Below are positions 50,497-64,000 of a stretch of DNA of 64,000 nucleotides, piece after piece. The translations under genes and the position numbers were made by a program. Each line of letters starts with the position of its first letter. Position 1 is the stretch's first letter. Origin of the DNA: Mobula birostris (taxonomy: Eukaryota); assembly GCF_030028105.1 (NCBI RefSeq), contig NC_092375.1, positions 128,491,035-128,555,034 of the forward strand. Reading direction: 5' to 3'. The notes beneath the pieces are model-generated. The model was not told the origin of the DNA. It worked only from the letters and a program-made list of their open reading frames with translations, and did not search any database.

Positions 50497-52410
50497 GACA
50501 AACACAAAATGCTGGAGGAACTTAGCAGGTCAGGCAGCATCTATGAAAATGAATAAATGGTTGATGTTTCAAAATGAGACCCTTCATCAGGATGGGAAAG
50601 GAAGAGGGAAGATGCCAGAATGAAAAAGGTGAGGGGAAGGAGCACACACTGACTAGAAGGTGATAGCTGAGGCAGGGGGTGGGAAAGGTAAAGAGCTGGA
50701 GAAGAAAGAATCTGATGGGAGAGGAGAGTGGACCATGGGAGAACAGAACAAAGGCGAGGCACCAGGTGATAGGCTGGTGAGGAGAAGAGGTAAGAGGCCT
50801 GTGGGAAATGGAGGGGAGGGGTTGTGGTGGGATGGAAAAAAAAATACCAGAAGGAGAAATTGATGTTGATGTCGTCAAGTTGGAGGCTACCTAGGCAAAA
50901 TATGAGGTATTGCTCTTCCACCCTGAGAGTGGCCTGATCATGGCAGAAGAGGAGACAATGGACCAACAGGAATGAGGATAAGAATTAAAATGGTTTGCAT
51001 TGGGTCTCACCATTGTAGAGGAGGCCAGATCGGGAGCGCTGGATACAATAGACCACCCAACAGATTCACAGGTGAAGTATTGCCTCATTTGGAAGGACTA
51101 TTTGTGGCCCTGAATGGAGGTGAGGGAGGAGGTGAGTGGGCAGGTGTAGCATTTCTCTTGCTTGCAGGGATGTGTGCCAGGAGGGAGACTGGTGGAGAGG
51201 AAGGAATGGACAAGGGAATCGCAGAGGGAGCAATCCCTGCAGAAAACAGAGTTGGGGGGGGCGGGCAGGTAGAGAAGGTGTGTTTGATAATAGGATCCTG
51301 TTGAAGTTGCGGTGAATGATAGGTTGCATGTGGAGGCTCATGGGGTGATAGTTGAGGACGAGGAACTCTATCACTGTTAAGGCAGAGGGAAGGTGGGCTG
51401 AGTGCAGATGTCTGGGAAATGGAGGTGTTGTGGGTGAGGGCAGCATCAATGGTGGGGGAAGGGAAACCCCGTTCTTTAAAGAAGGACGACAGCGCTGATG
51501 TCCTGGAAAGGAAAGCCTCGTCCTGGGAACAGATGTTGCAAAGATAACAAAACTGAGAATAGGGAATAGCATTTTAACAGGAGACGGGGTGAGAAGAGGT
51601 GCAGTCAAGATGGCCATGGGAATTGATAGAATTATAAAAGAAGTCAGTAGACAGTTTGTCTCTAGTAATGGAGACAGAAAGATTGAGAAAGGGGAGAGAG
51701 GTGTCAGAAATGGATCAAGTGAATTTAAGGGTAGGGTGGAGGATGGAGGCAAAGTTGATGAGATTGATGCATTCAGCAAGCGTACATGAAACATCATGGA
51801 TGCAGTCGTCAATGTAGTGCAGTAAGAGTTGGAGAGCATTACCAGGGAAGGCTTGGAACATGGAGGATTCCACATTGCCAAGAAAAATTCAGGATAGCTG
51901 GTGTCCCTGCAGATGCTCATGGCTACTCCTTGAGTTTGAAGAAAGTAGGAGGAGCCGGAAGAGAAATTGTTGAGAGAGAGGACCAGTTCTGCCGAACAGA
52001 GGAGGGTGATGGTGGAGGGAAACTGGTTGGAACAGGAATGAAGATAAGAATTTAAATGGTTTACATTGGGTCTCAGTGATGTAGAGGAAGCCACATCAGG
52101 AGCACCGGATACAATGGACAACCCAACAGATTTGCAATGAATATTGCCTCATCTGGAAGGAATGTTTGGGGTCTTGATTGGAGCTGAGAAATAAGTGGAG
52201 AGCCTTAAGGCCTTCGTGATGGGGGATAAAAATGTATAGGGACTGGACACCTATTGCAAAAATGAGACAGTCAGAGCCCGGGAATTGACCGTTGTTGAGG
52301 AGATCGAGAGCATGTAAAGTGTCAAAGACGTAGGTGGGAAGGGACTGAACCAAGTGGCATAGAATGGAGTTGGCATATGAGGACAGGAGATGTACAGAGA
52401 TACCTTGGGG
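50497..52410 (-). mobile_element. Penelope-like retroelement remnant (RT, GIY-YIG, 3' pLTR with decayed hammerhead)
   Basis: Peptides VQSLYIFIPHHEGLKALHLFL, LSLNNFSSGSSYFLQTQGVAM, QYFTCES, EEQYLIFCLGSLQ; end carries CTGATGAAGGGTCTC..GAAAC and the arm shared with the short fold-back family; ~130-bp internal duplication at 50967 and 52033. Confidence 0.8.
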
Positions 52411-52955
52411 TGCAAATTGCAACATAAGTAGACTGGAAGGTAAAGAAGGCATATGGCATACTTGTCTTCATTGGTTGATGCATTGAATATAAAGGTTGGG
52501 AAGTCATGTTACAGCAGTCTAAAACTTTGTTTAGGTCATATTTGGAGTATTGTGTAACATTCTAGTTGTCTTATTACAAGCAGGATGTAGATATAGGCTT
52601 TAGAGAAGATGCAGAAGAGATGTTGCTTGGATTTGAGAGTAGTAATTACAAAAAGAGGTGGGACAAATCAGGTTTGTTTTTCTCTTTGGCATCAGAGGTT
52701 GAGGAGGTGACCTGATAGGAGTATATACAGTTATAAAATGCACAGGTGGAGTAGTCAGGGCTATTTTTTTCCCCAGGGTGCAAATGTCAAATTTAAGATG
52801 AATTGGGGTAGGGGTGGTTTAAAAGGGATTTGTGAGGCAGGTTTTTTCCCAACACAGACTGGTAGGTGTTTAGAATGTGCTGTGGAGGAGCACATTTACT
52901 ACAGTGGAAGTAGACACAGTGCTAAGATTTAAGAGAATTGAAGACAGGTATGTGA

Positions 52956-53219
<264 letters not shown>

Positions 53220-53769
53220 TAATGGGGCTCATGTGATGGAACATATGGGCAATGGAAAACAAGGAAGTGAATTGGGGGTAATGATAGGTGACCTGTCAGT
53301 GAAACAATGATGTCATTGAGTAGGGTGAATGTATTTATCTTTGAGAAGGAGAAGTCATTCTTCAGCTGGGAAAGAATCATGTACTCTGCATAGTTGGAAG
53401 CAGTGCTGGCTGCTGATTGAAGCTATGCCATTTCTTTATTCTCAACTCCACCCCACTCCACTTCCCCTGTGTACACACGTAATTAAAACATGAAGATAAG
53501 TGGATTTGCCACCAATACATTGGGACTATTCTGTCACTGGCGCCAAAGAATGATTACTAGCACAACATTTTAGATATGTTAAAAATATTGCAAATTTTGA
53601 AATGCATTTTCTTTTGAAAGAAGACAACCTTCCCTCATTTAAAATCAATTAAGTAGAAAATAAATAGATCCTCTCATTAAAAAATCATTGTGGAAAGTTG
53701 TTATTGTTAAAGTTCAATATCTTCTATTGATAGCACCAGTTGCAAACCGGTTTTACCCTTTCTCCTTAG

Positions 53770-53846
53770 CCTGTAGCTGCCTGTGCTATGCCAGTAATGA
53801 AGGGGTGGAATATCCTTACTAACTCAGAAAAAACCAAGAAAGCCAG
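53770..53846 (+). CDS. NDUFS1: NDUFS1 exon 5
   Basis: PVAACAMPVMKGWNILTNSEKTKKA(R), AG/GT, 77 nt. Confidence 0.97.
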
Positions 53847-54121
53847 GTAAAGTAAGGTGAAATCTCCATGTTGTATGAATGTGCCTTTTACGTGCTGCAT
53901 GTTCACCCTTTGGTTGTAATCTACAGTGATTATAATTTAATAAAATAATTAAAAGACTAAGGGAAATGAAAAAGATTTCACTATATTTAATTAAATAAAA
54001 GATCATAAACATGGATTGAAAGGTGTAAGTAGAATATGTTCCAAGTGTCGTTTAAACCAGAGCCTAAACATTCAGATGCTCTATTTGTTTTTGTAATATT
54101 CATTGTTTAATTAAGTAATGA

Positions 54122-54331
<210 letters not shown>

Positions 54332-54468
54332 TAAAGGTGATGCTGTTTCAGATTTAGATTTATTTATTACAGGGCTTACAGTGAAATGCATCATTTGCAT
54401 TGACCAATGCACCAAGGATGTGCTGCGAGCAGCCCACAAATATTGCCACAAATTCCATTGCCAACATA

Positions 54469-54954
54469 CGAGGGGTGACTGATAATTTCGTGGCCTAAGG
54501 TAGAAGGAGTCAATTTTAGAAAACCTGGCACATTTATTTTTCAACACAGTCCCCTCCTACATGTACACACTTAGTCCAGTGGTCGTGGAGCATATGGACC
54601 CCTCCTTTGTAGAAGTGGTCCACAGCAGGGATGATTAATAAGTTCGTGGCCTAAGATAGAAGGAGGTGAGTTATACAGCTCTCGTTACATGCACGTGCAG
54701 TTCAACTCTTTGAGTGAAAATGCAGAAAGTTTGAAGTTTCTCCTCATTTCCTTCTACCTTAGGCCACAAATTTATCAATCAGCGCTGCTGTGGACCACTT
54801 CTGGAGGTCCAAGACACCGACTTCTACAAAGAAGGGATCCGTATGCTCCACAACCGCTGGACTAAGAGTGTAAATGTAGGAAAAAATAAATGTGCTAGGT
54901 TTTCTAACATCGACTCCTTCTACCTTGGGCCACAAACTTATCAATCACCCCTGG
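54469..54954. mobile_element. Mariner-type MITE with nested inverted repeats
   Basis: TA|CGAGGGGTGA...GTGGCCTAAGGTAGAAGGAG mirrored at the right end |TA; the TIR motif recurs internally at ~54630 and ~54750. Confidence 0.75.
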
Positions 54955-56151
54955 TAGCATGCCTGCAACGTTGAACAGAACAACATAAGCAGCAGTAACA
55001 ACAACAGCAAATGAAGCCCCTTTCCCTCCTCCCGGTAACCTCCTCACACCTGATATTGCATTGATATTCAATGCCAAGGGCCACTTGTGTAAATGAGCTC
55101 CAGATCTCTTTAAACTGAGGTGAATCTGGCAATGGAGCAAAGCCCAGAAGTCAAACTGAATCCCCTGTAATTGAGCAGGGTTCACAAACATTCCGGTTGT
55201 GCTTTCCTTTAAGTCATTAAAAAATAGTGAGGTGTGTGTTAAAAATACAGAAGTACAAAGTAAAAACCAAATGTGCTGAAAATTAAGAAAACATTTCCTT
55301 CAAAGAAGTGAAATGCTTAGTTTAATAATATAAAATCTAGTCTGACTCAATGAAAGGTTTATTAATGGATTTCCTGTGCTACCTGTTACTTATGAGTTAC
55401 AACATAGTGAAACAGTGCGTCAGGCTGCAGTAAGAGGTATCTCTAGTTTCTTTGCAGTTCACATCTGCTTATTATTTGACCTCTTCTCATTTCAGGATGT
55501 ATATTTTATGCACTTCTCTGACATTAAATGTACCTTTGAAACCTTCTCGGGAGGAGTGCAGCAAATAACCTTCCAGTGTTTGTATGACTGAGTGTTGCAA
55601 ATAAGCATGCCTTGTACAATTAGCACTGATTCATGTGCTGTTAGTTGGTTAGGTGAAATACTGTAGTGATCCTCATATGTATTAATCTGATCCGAAAATA
55701 TGACATCAGAGTGAAATAGTGTTCACATTACAAAAAGTTGCATGGATGAGACTTTGGTTCTGTGGAAGATTTGTGGGTAACCAGGATGAGGTGTTGAATT
55801 GGTTTTTAATAAGGTATAAAAGGAAGCTGCTGCAAAAGGGGAAAAAAAAAGAGCAAGGAACACAACCTTAAAATTGAAGCTTGGCCAGTCAACGTTGGTT
55901 CAGTAGCAATTCACACACAAAAGTTGGAACTCTGTCCACCAGATCACCTTCCTGCTATCGTACCTTCCCCTAAAAAATTGAAGTTGGTTTCTTTAAAAAA
56001 GTTACAGCAGGGTATTAATGTTAAGTGAAGATATTAAGAGTAACACTATTCAGAATAGTATTTAGAGAGTTGAGGTACCAATATGATATTCAGAGTTGAG
56101 GTACCAATCTGGTGCAATCTAAGTGGTAGAAAGACCTAATCTTCTTGCAGT

Positions 56152-56290
56152 CAACAGGAATTCTGCAGATGCTGGAAATTCAAGCAACACACATCAAAGT
56201 TGCTGGTGAACGCAGCAGGCCAGGCAGCATCTCTGCAGAGATGCTGCCTGGCCTGCTGCGTTCACCAGCAACTTTGATGTGTGTTGCTTG
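56152..56290. mobile_element. Fold-back Penelope-end element forming a perfect 110-bp palindrome
   Basis: 56181-56290 is self-complementary with no spacer; 10-bp TSD ttcttgcagt at 56142 and 56291. Confidence 0.85.
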
Positions 56291-57416
56291 TTCTTGCAGT
56301 TCCTATTCTGTACTATTAACCTTGAATCTGCTTCCTTGTAACTAAACAAACTGCTACACATTGTTCTTTAAATGTGTCATATTGTGCCTCCTAGTGATTA
56401 AACAAAGCTAGTAATAGAAAGATTTGTCCGAAGGATGCTCAGTCAGTGTAGTGTTGAGTGGGTGCTCTTAATAGTAGGAAATATGGATCACTTTTAAAAT
56501 GTTCAAAGTTTAAAGTAAATTTATTATCAAAGTACATATATATCACCATATAGTACCTTGAGATTCATTTTCTTGCAGGCATTTACAGGAATGTAAAGAA
56601 ATACAACAGAGTTTATGAAAATCTATACATGACAAAAACAGACAAGCAACCAATGTGCAACGGAGGACAAATTGTACAAATAATAAATAAACAAATGTAG
56701 ATAAATAATACTGAGCAAAAAACAAGTTGAACATCATTTCTCCAAAGTGCAGATTTGGGGAAGAGAGAGAACATTGCTGGGAGAAGGTCAACAATAAAAA
56801 TCAAGCAGTAGAAAGGAATTAGAACCAAGTAGAATTGCTTGTTCTTACCATCAACAGAGAAATTCAGTGGCTTATCATGATAAAATATGTGCAGAGCAAG
56901 AGGAAAGCATTGCCCTATGTCGTCTTTTATACAGTTATTTAAGGTCAGATTTACTGAGGAAGTGGAATAAGAATCACCTGAAGGCAATGAAATTTTGTCT
57001 CTGAAGAGAATACCATGTGTTTTCTGTCACTTTCTGTAATGAATTTTAAAATGAATGATCAATTCTCACATTGAACTTCAGATCATAATCATATACAAAG
57101 CCCTTCGTTCAGAAGCAATTACTATTGACTCTTAACTTCCTTTGTGGCTGCACACAACAGGAACCAATTCAAATGTGAAATAATATTATTAAATCACCCC
57201 CACCAAGCCTTTTACACCTTCCTCACCCTGTCTCAAGTGGAGGTACCAGTTTCAGTGTTATAATGTAAGCTTGAATAACAGACAGAACTCTATTTTATGG
57301 ATGTGTTTTGTATCTCAGTCTTAAGTAGTGTTAGCTGTTCTTATTCTTGCTTTATTAATTATTGCCCGCTACCATTCCAATGTGCTAAACCCTGTCCAAT
57401 GTGGTGATTGACATAG

Positions 57417-57554
<138 letters not shown>

Positions 57555-59310
57555 TGACAACAACTTAATTTTCTTGTGCCCAATGAAGCAATTACAGGAT
57601 TTATTTCCCCAGTTATTGGAGTCACATGCAATCAGAATCTATGATGCTTACTCGGGAAAGAATTGGGTTGTTAGGCAAATATAGGACGTCTATATTTCCA
57701 CACCCACACTATTATATATAACAATTCTTTTTTTTTCCTCACTCTCCCTCACTCTCACATCCACATTCTTTTCTTTGATGACATTATCTGCTGACAAAAC
57801 GTCATTTCATATACACAACAATGGCATCTAGCTTTGTCTAGCTACCAAGTGTCTTGATCTTTCAATTCTAAATTATCAGACTGTCTGACATCCAGTTATT
57901 GGAAGAGGTGAAATTTTCTCCTAGCTAATCACTGGGTGAACCAAATCTATTGCTATCCATTTTTGTTGACTGGACACCATCTTGACAAATCTTTGAAAAT
58001 GCACTGTACTGTTCATGACTTGGGCCATATTTAGCACAGATTGAAATCAGACCTTGTATTTGTTCTGTATGTAAGAGTATTTCTATCTTCGTATTGTTGA
58101 CTTTCATGACCACTGCTTCAGGATCTACATCTGCCAAAACTCACATCCATATCATTCTGATCTTGAAGTTGTTTATGTATGATCTTCCACTCTTATATTC
58201 AGTGCTTGGTGATTTCTGATAAACATTGTCTCCCAGTTGAGCAAAGCTGCATTCAATAATTCTCATGGTTGATATCAAATCCATTCATGTTTTTGCTCCT
58301 TTATATCTTTGCGTTATTTCCAACCCTATAACCTTTGCACCTCTCTAGTTTAGGCCTCTTGTTCAACTCTGAATTAAATTATTCTGCTATTAGATTAGAT
58401 TAGATTAGATTATGAGAACACTTAGTCCTCTTTTTATTGTCATTTAGAAATCCATACATGCATTAAGAAACGATACAATGTTTCTGTGGACTAACACTGA
58501 CAGACCACATAATTATAACATATAGTTACAGCAGTGCAAAGCAATACCATAATTTCATGAAGAACAAACCATGGGCACGGTAAATAAAGTCTCAAAAGTC
58601 CCTGAGTCGATCGACTCCCGAGTCCCCGATAGCAGGTGGCAAAAGGGAGAAACTCCCTGCCATAAACCTCCAGGCACCGTTAAATTGCCGATGCCTTGGA
58701 AGCAGCCGACACTGAGTCCATCCGTCCGAAAACTTCGTGCTTCCGACCAGCCTCTCCGATACAGCCTCCCGAGCGCCATCTTCTGCCAAGCGCCTTTGAC
58801 CTCGCCCCGGCCACTGAAACACGCAAAGCCGAGGATTTTGGGGCCTTTAGCTCCAGAGATTCTGGTTACCACACAGTAGCAGTGGCAGCGAAGTGGGCAT
58901 TTCAGAAGTTTTCCAGATGTTCCTCCGTGCTGTCACGTCTGTCTCCATCAAATCAGAATTGTGCACGGTCCCCTACTTGACAGATAACAGACATCATCAC
59001 CAAAGTGGCCGCGTGCGCTGCCGTTGTGCCACCATCTTCTCCTCCCTCCTTCTTCCAGTTGTTATGCCTTCAGCTACCAAAGCACTTCCTAAATTTCTTC
59101 TTCTTTTCCTTTCTGTCCCCTTCAAGCGTGTCTTTGAGATTTACTTATTTTACTGGATGTGTAGTGATTGCCCCCACTATGCCGTTAACTGACTTGGATG
59201 TCCTTGATAAAAGTACCACAAAATCAAAAGTTAATGCTATATTGCTGTTTCTGAGACTTTACTGTGAAGTGCTTTGGGACAATGTGAAGTGACGAAAGAT
59301 GATAAACATT

Positions 59311-60632
59311 GAAACTTAGAAACTTAGAAAACCTAAAGCACAATACAGGCCCTTCGGCCCACAAAGTTATGCTGAACACGTCCTTACCTTAGAAATTACT
59401 AGGGTTACCCATAGCTCTCTATTTTTCTAAGCTCCATGTACCTATCCAAAAGTCTCTTAAAAGACTATCGTATCCACCTCCACCACCGTTGCTGGCAGCC
59501 TATTCCACGCACTCACCATTTTCTGAGTAAAAAAACTGACATCTCCTCTGTACCAACTCCCAAGCAACTTAAACCTGTGCCCTCTTGTAGTAGCCATTTC
59601 AGCCCTGGGAAAAAGCCTCTGACTATTCACATGATCAATGCCTCTCATCATCTTACACACCTCTATCAGGTCACCTCTCATTCTCTGTCGCTCCAAGGAG
59701 AAAAGGCCAAGTTCACTCAACCTGTTTTCATAAGGCATGCTCCCCAATCCAGGCAATATCTTTGTAAATCTCCTTTGCACCCTTTCTATGGTTTCCACAT
59801 CCTTCCTGTAGGGAGGCGACCAGAACTGAGCACAGTACTCCAAGTGGGGTCTAACCAGGGTCCTATATAGCTGCAACATTACCTCCCGGCTCCTAAATTC
59901 AATTCCACAACTGATGAAGGCCAATACACCATATGCCTTCTTAACTACAGAGTCAACCTGCGCAGCTGCTTTGAGCGTCCTATGGACTCGGACCCCAAGA
60001 TCCCGCTGACCCTCCACACTGCCAAGAGTCTTACCATTAATACTATATTCTGCAATCATATTTGACCTACCAAAATGAACCACTTCACACTTATCTGGAT
60101 TGAACTGCATCTGCCACTTCTCAGCCCAGTTTTGCATCCTATCAATGTCCCACTGCAACCTCTGACAGCCCTCCACACTATCCACAACACCCCCAACCTT
60201 TGTGTCATCAGCAAACTTACTAACCCATCCTTCCACTTCCTCATCCAGGTCATTTATAAAAATCACGAAGAGTAAGGGACCCAGAACAGATCCTTGAGGC
60301 ACACCACTGGTCACTGACCTCCATGCAGAATATGACCTGTCTACAACCACTCTGCTTTCTGTGGGCAAGCCAGTTCTGGATCCACAAGCAATGTCCCCTT
60401 GGATCCCATGCCTCCTTACTTTCTCAATAAGCCTTGCATGGGGCACCTTATCGAATGCCTTGCTGAAATCCATATACACTACATCTACTGCTCTTCCTTC
60501 ATCAATGTGTTTAGTCACGTCTTCAAAAAAAATTCAATCAGGCTTGTAAGGCACAACCTGCCCTTGACAAAGCCATGCTGACTATTCCTAATTATGTTAT
60601 ACCTCTCCAAATGTTCATAAATCCTGACTCTC
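59311..60632 (-). mobile_element. Young 5'-truncated CR1 LINE (RT ORF 59457..60518)
   Basis: 353-aa ORF with DVVYMDFSKAFDKVPH, GVPQGSVLGPLLF, KFADDTK, LYRTLVRPHLEYC; 3' tail (tttctaag)n. Confidence 0.9.
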
Positions 60633-61045
60633 AGTAATAAAAAGGAGTCAAAATAGTGCATGGATTTGACCATGTTCTAACCCTGATTTGAATTTGTAGC
60701 CTTGGAACGATACACCAAAACACACCAAGAATATTGTTTTTGTAAAATGACTCAAGCACTTATTATCTGAGAGTGCTTTAGGAGATCTACTGGAGTAGTA
60801 AAATCAGTTAATGTTATGCATTGATGTCACGTTGAAATAAATCATACAACCACAACCAAATAAGAACCCTCATTTAATGCTGGCAAGGTGAACAGGAGGT
60901 GCTTTATCAAATGTAAAATCTGTGATGTACAGTCATATATTTTTAAGAATTTCTCGGGAAGAACTGGAGGTGCGTTATCAAATGTAAGATCTGTGATATA
61001 TAGTCATATTTTTAAGAAAAGTTTTGTAACTCTGTTTAACAACAG

Positions 61046-61231
61046 GTTTGCCAGTGAAGTGGCAGGTGTGGATGATTTGGGCACCACAGGAAGAGGAAAT
61101 GAAATGCAGGTTGGGACATACATTGAGAAGATGTTCATGTCTGAAGTATCAGGGAACATCATCGACCTCTGTCCAGTTGGAGCTTTGACATCCAAACCCT
61201 ATGCCTTCACTGCCCGGCCTTGGGAGACCAG
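61046..61231 (+). CDS. NDUFS1: NDUFS1 exon 8
   Basis: [61 protein letters not shown](R), 186 nt. Confidence 0.97.
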
Positions 61232-63267
61232 GTATAATATTTACTTGGCTATTATGCATTGGAATTTATTGCAACATTTACTGTTGGGAAGTGCAAGGTC
61301 GTGTACTTCACCAAGAGCTACCAAAAGGCAGTATACCACCTACTGTGAGTGGAGAAAGACTGTAGATGAGGGAAGTTCAGAGGGATTGAGGTGTTCTAGG
61401 ACATGACTCACTAAAAGTTAGCAGGCAGGTTAGATAGGTAAAGGTGAGTTGACCTTTACTGTGAAGTGTTTGGAGTTAAAGAGCAGAACGTAGAACAGTA
61501 CAAGGAGAAATGAAGCTTTTTTATATTCTAAAGGATGTCGGTGAGGCCAGGTCTGAATACAGTTCACTAATTTGATCCCTTTGCCTAAAGCTTTGAAGGT
61601 GTTGAAACGAGATTCACGAAGCTAAGTCCTGGGACAAGAGGGTAGTCCTTTGATGAAAGGCTAAGCAGTTTTCTTCTGTATTGTCAGGAGCTTAGAGGAC
61701 TGAGAGTGACCTTATTCAAGCATACAAGATCCTAAGGAAGCTAAACAGGGCAGGGTCTAAGATGCACTCAGCATTGGGATAGTCATGAACAAGGGGATAA
61801 AACTACAAAGTAATGTAATTTGAAATTGAAACACGTAGAGAGGGATAGTGAATCTCTGAAATTCTTTGCCACTGGGGACGGTGAAGGATCATTATAATTT
61901 TTTGAGTAGAGATGGATAAATATTTGGAAGATTGAGGAATAGGGGGGCTATGGAGAATTGGCAGAGAAGAGGAGTTGAAGCCAGCATCAGACCAGCCATA
62001 ATGACATTGAAAACTGAAGCGGGATTGAGGAGTCTGGTGCACTACTCCTGGTTCTATTTTCTTGTTTCCTTTTTGTGATTGGGACAGGCTTGTACATTCC
62101 TTTGAGTTATAATTGTGTGATCAGTTCTGCTTTGTGTTTTTGATGCAGTTTGCTATATGGAGTTGGGAGTATAAACATGCAGAATTATTTGCTTGCTTGG
62201 TGAGGAATAAAGGAAAAGGGCTGCCCCTCAACTTCCTCTTGCCTGTTGGACATTTGGTTACATCACAACTGATATGTATCTCAACCCCATTTACTCATCT
62301 TGGTTCCATATTCCCTAATACCATTGTCCAACAAGAATTATACAGGAAGTTGATTTCTCCCAAATCCTAACCGCTTCTTCTGAGATAGAAGTTTTTCAGT
62401 ACTCTTTGTGGTAATGACTGCTTCCTTATTTTATCTCTGCTATCTCCAAAAATGTTGGACTGTTCTCTGTTAAATCTTTCAATCATCTTGAATATCTCAA
62501 CTAAATCTCTACTATATTTCAAATCAAGCTCTCAAACCCCATGACTGGCACTCCTCAGAAGACAGGGGGTGTAGAGAGATCAGGCAGACACTTGTATGTC
62601 TCCTTACCAAATAGCACACCATCCTATTTTTGTTTTGTTATCCCTTCAAAATCATGGAATTCCATAACTGACAATATATTGGCAATATCTTTACCTTGAG
62701 CATTGCATAATCCAAGGAGGGGGCTCACTAATAATCTTTTCAAGTTCAGTAGAAGTGGGCAGTGTGTGGACCTTGCCAGAAATGTTTTTTATGCACATTT
62801 TGAGGGATTTTCTTAAAAGTGTAATAGAGAGAAGGGTAAAGTTAATCTCTTCAGTCTTCATACTCCCCTGGTGAACTGAAATATCAGCTGTGCTTATGGA
62901 AGCATTGAATGACTGAAGCTTCCCTTTCACGAAAAGGAAAAAGGCAAGGGTGTGTCAAGAAAAGTCACTTTTATGCAAGTCTTGGTAGCTCCTTTAATGA
63001 GCTGAGTCCTTAATACTTAGAGATGAGTTGATCAATAATTTATAACAGTGCCAGGAAATTTAAATACCTTAGGGTTTTAAATTTGGGCATTCTTGTTCTT
63101 GAAATCAGCGACTAACATACAGACAATACAATGCTATTATCTGACAATATTACTGTGCATGGGCATTGCCAATGTGAAGAGCATGAAGACATATACAGTG
63201 GGCTGGTGAACTTCTTGTCATTTCCATCCAAAACCTTAAGATATAATTTTTTTTTCAACTGACTTAA

Positions 63268-63414
<147 letters not shown>

Positions 63415-64000
63415 TGATGGATTTTAATCAGATGGGTATTTTGTATAAGGTGTTACCTGACGTAAAATCCTCCAACTTTTATATGAATTGGTGTAGAATA
63501 GAGTGGCTCATGTTTGGAAGCTATTCTGTTGAAGAGAAATACATTTCCTACCCTTTTCAGTTATCAGCCATATGTGAGTGCAAAACTATCATCCTTGAGT
63601 ATAAAGATGGAATTCAGGCTCATATTGGGTTGACATTACAAAACAGCTGACTGTATAAGATCCATGACACTACAGCAGGGAATGGTCCCATGTACAACGG
63701 TTGTGCCTAATGTAATTTGGAATGAATTATCTTGTCATCTTCATGTTATTGTTTGCACTTCAAAGGTCATTTTTGCCTTTGATTATCCTGAAGTTGTAAA
63801 AGGCATCATAAATATGAGACCTTCTCTTCAGGTGATATAGATAAAGCTGATACTTCTGAGATGAAAGGAGAGCATTTAAACCTGCACTGTGTCTTCCTGT
63901 TTGGGAGTAACTCTGTTGGTCTTAATCCCTCACCTGTGTTTAGTTCTCTTAAATATTTATCCATTGGCAGACCAATTGACTAATTACTTTGGTTCTGTCT

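Noticed and set aside
51066-52121. 351-aa ORF as a novel host gene
   Set aside because: Mosaic of frames of a decayed Penelope RT/endonuclease.
59457-60518. 353-aa ORF as a domesticated RT gene
   Set aside because: Ordinary 5'-truncated CR1 with an internal frame disruption and a standard 3' tail.

Overview
Vertebrate genomic DNA. The repeat content (CR1, Rex/Babar, L1, Penelope, V-SINE-like, Tc1, hAT, Harbinger) points to a cartilaginous fish, probably a ray. The core is the conserved head-to-head pair EEF1B2 (minus strand, complete, 7 coding exons, 224 aa, TATA plus 5'TOP start) and NDUFS1 (plus strand, non-coding exon 1 and coding exons 2-9, running off the right edge). EEF1B2 introns hold two SNORD51/U51-type C/D snoRNAs. 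A second CpG-rich promoter at ~19.5 kb, with candidate small minus-strand exons, suggests a third gene; ZDBF2 fits by synteny but is not proven. The rest is dense transposon debris. The most striking non-gene signal is a young family of short fold-back, TSD-flanked insertions derived from the end of a Penelope-like element, carrying minimal hammerhead ribozymes, in one copy on both strands. A second Penelope family shows the same inverted twin-hammerhead layout. Most ORF-track entries are TE remnants or spurious. All coordinates were read by eye; comparisons to human are from recall, not from a search.
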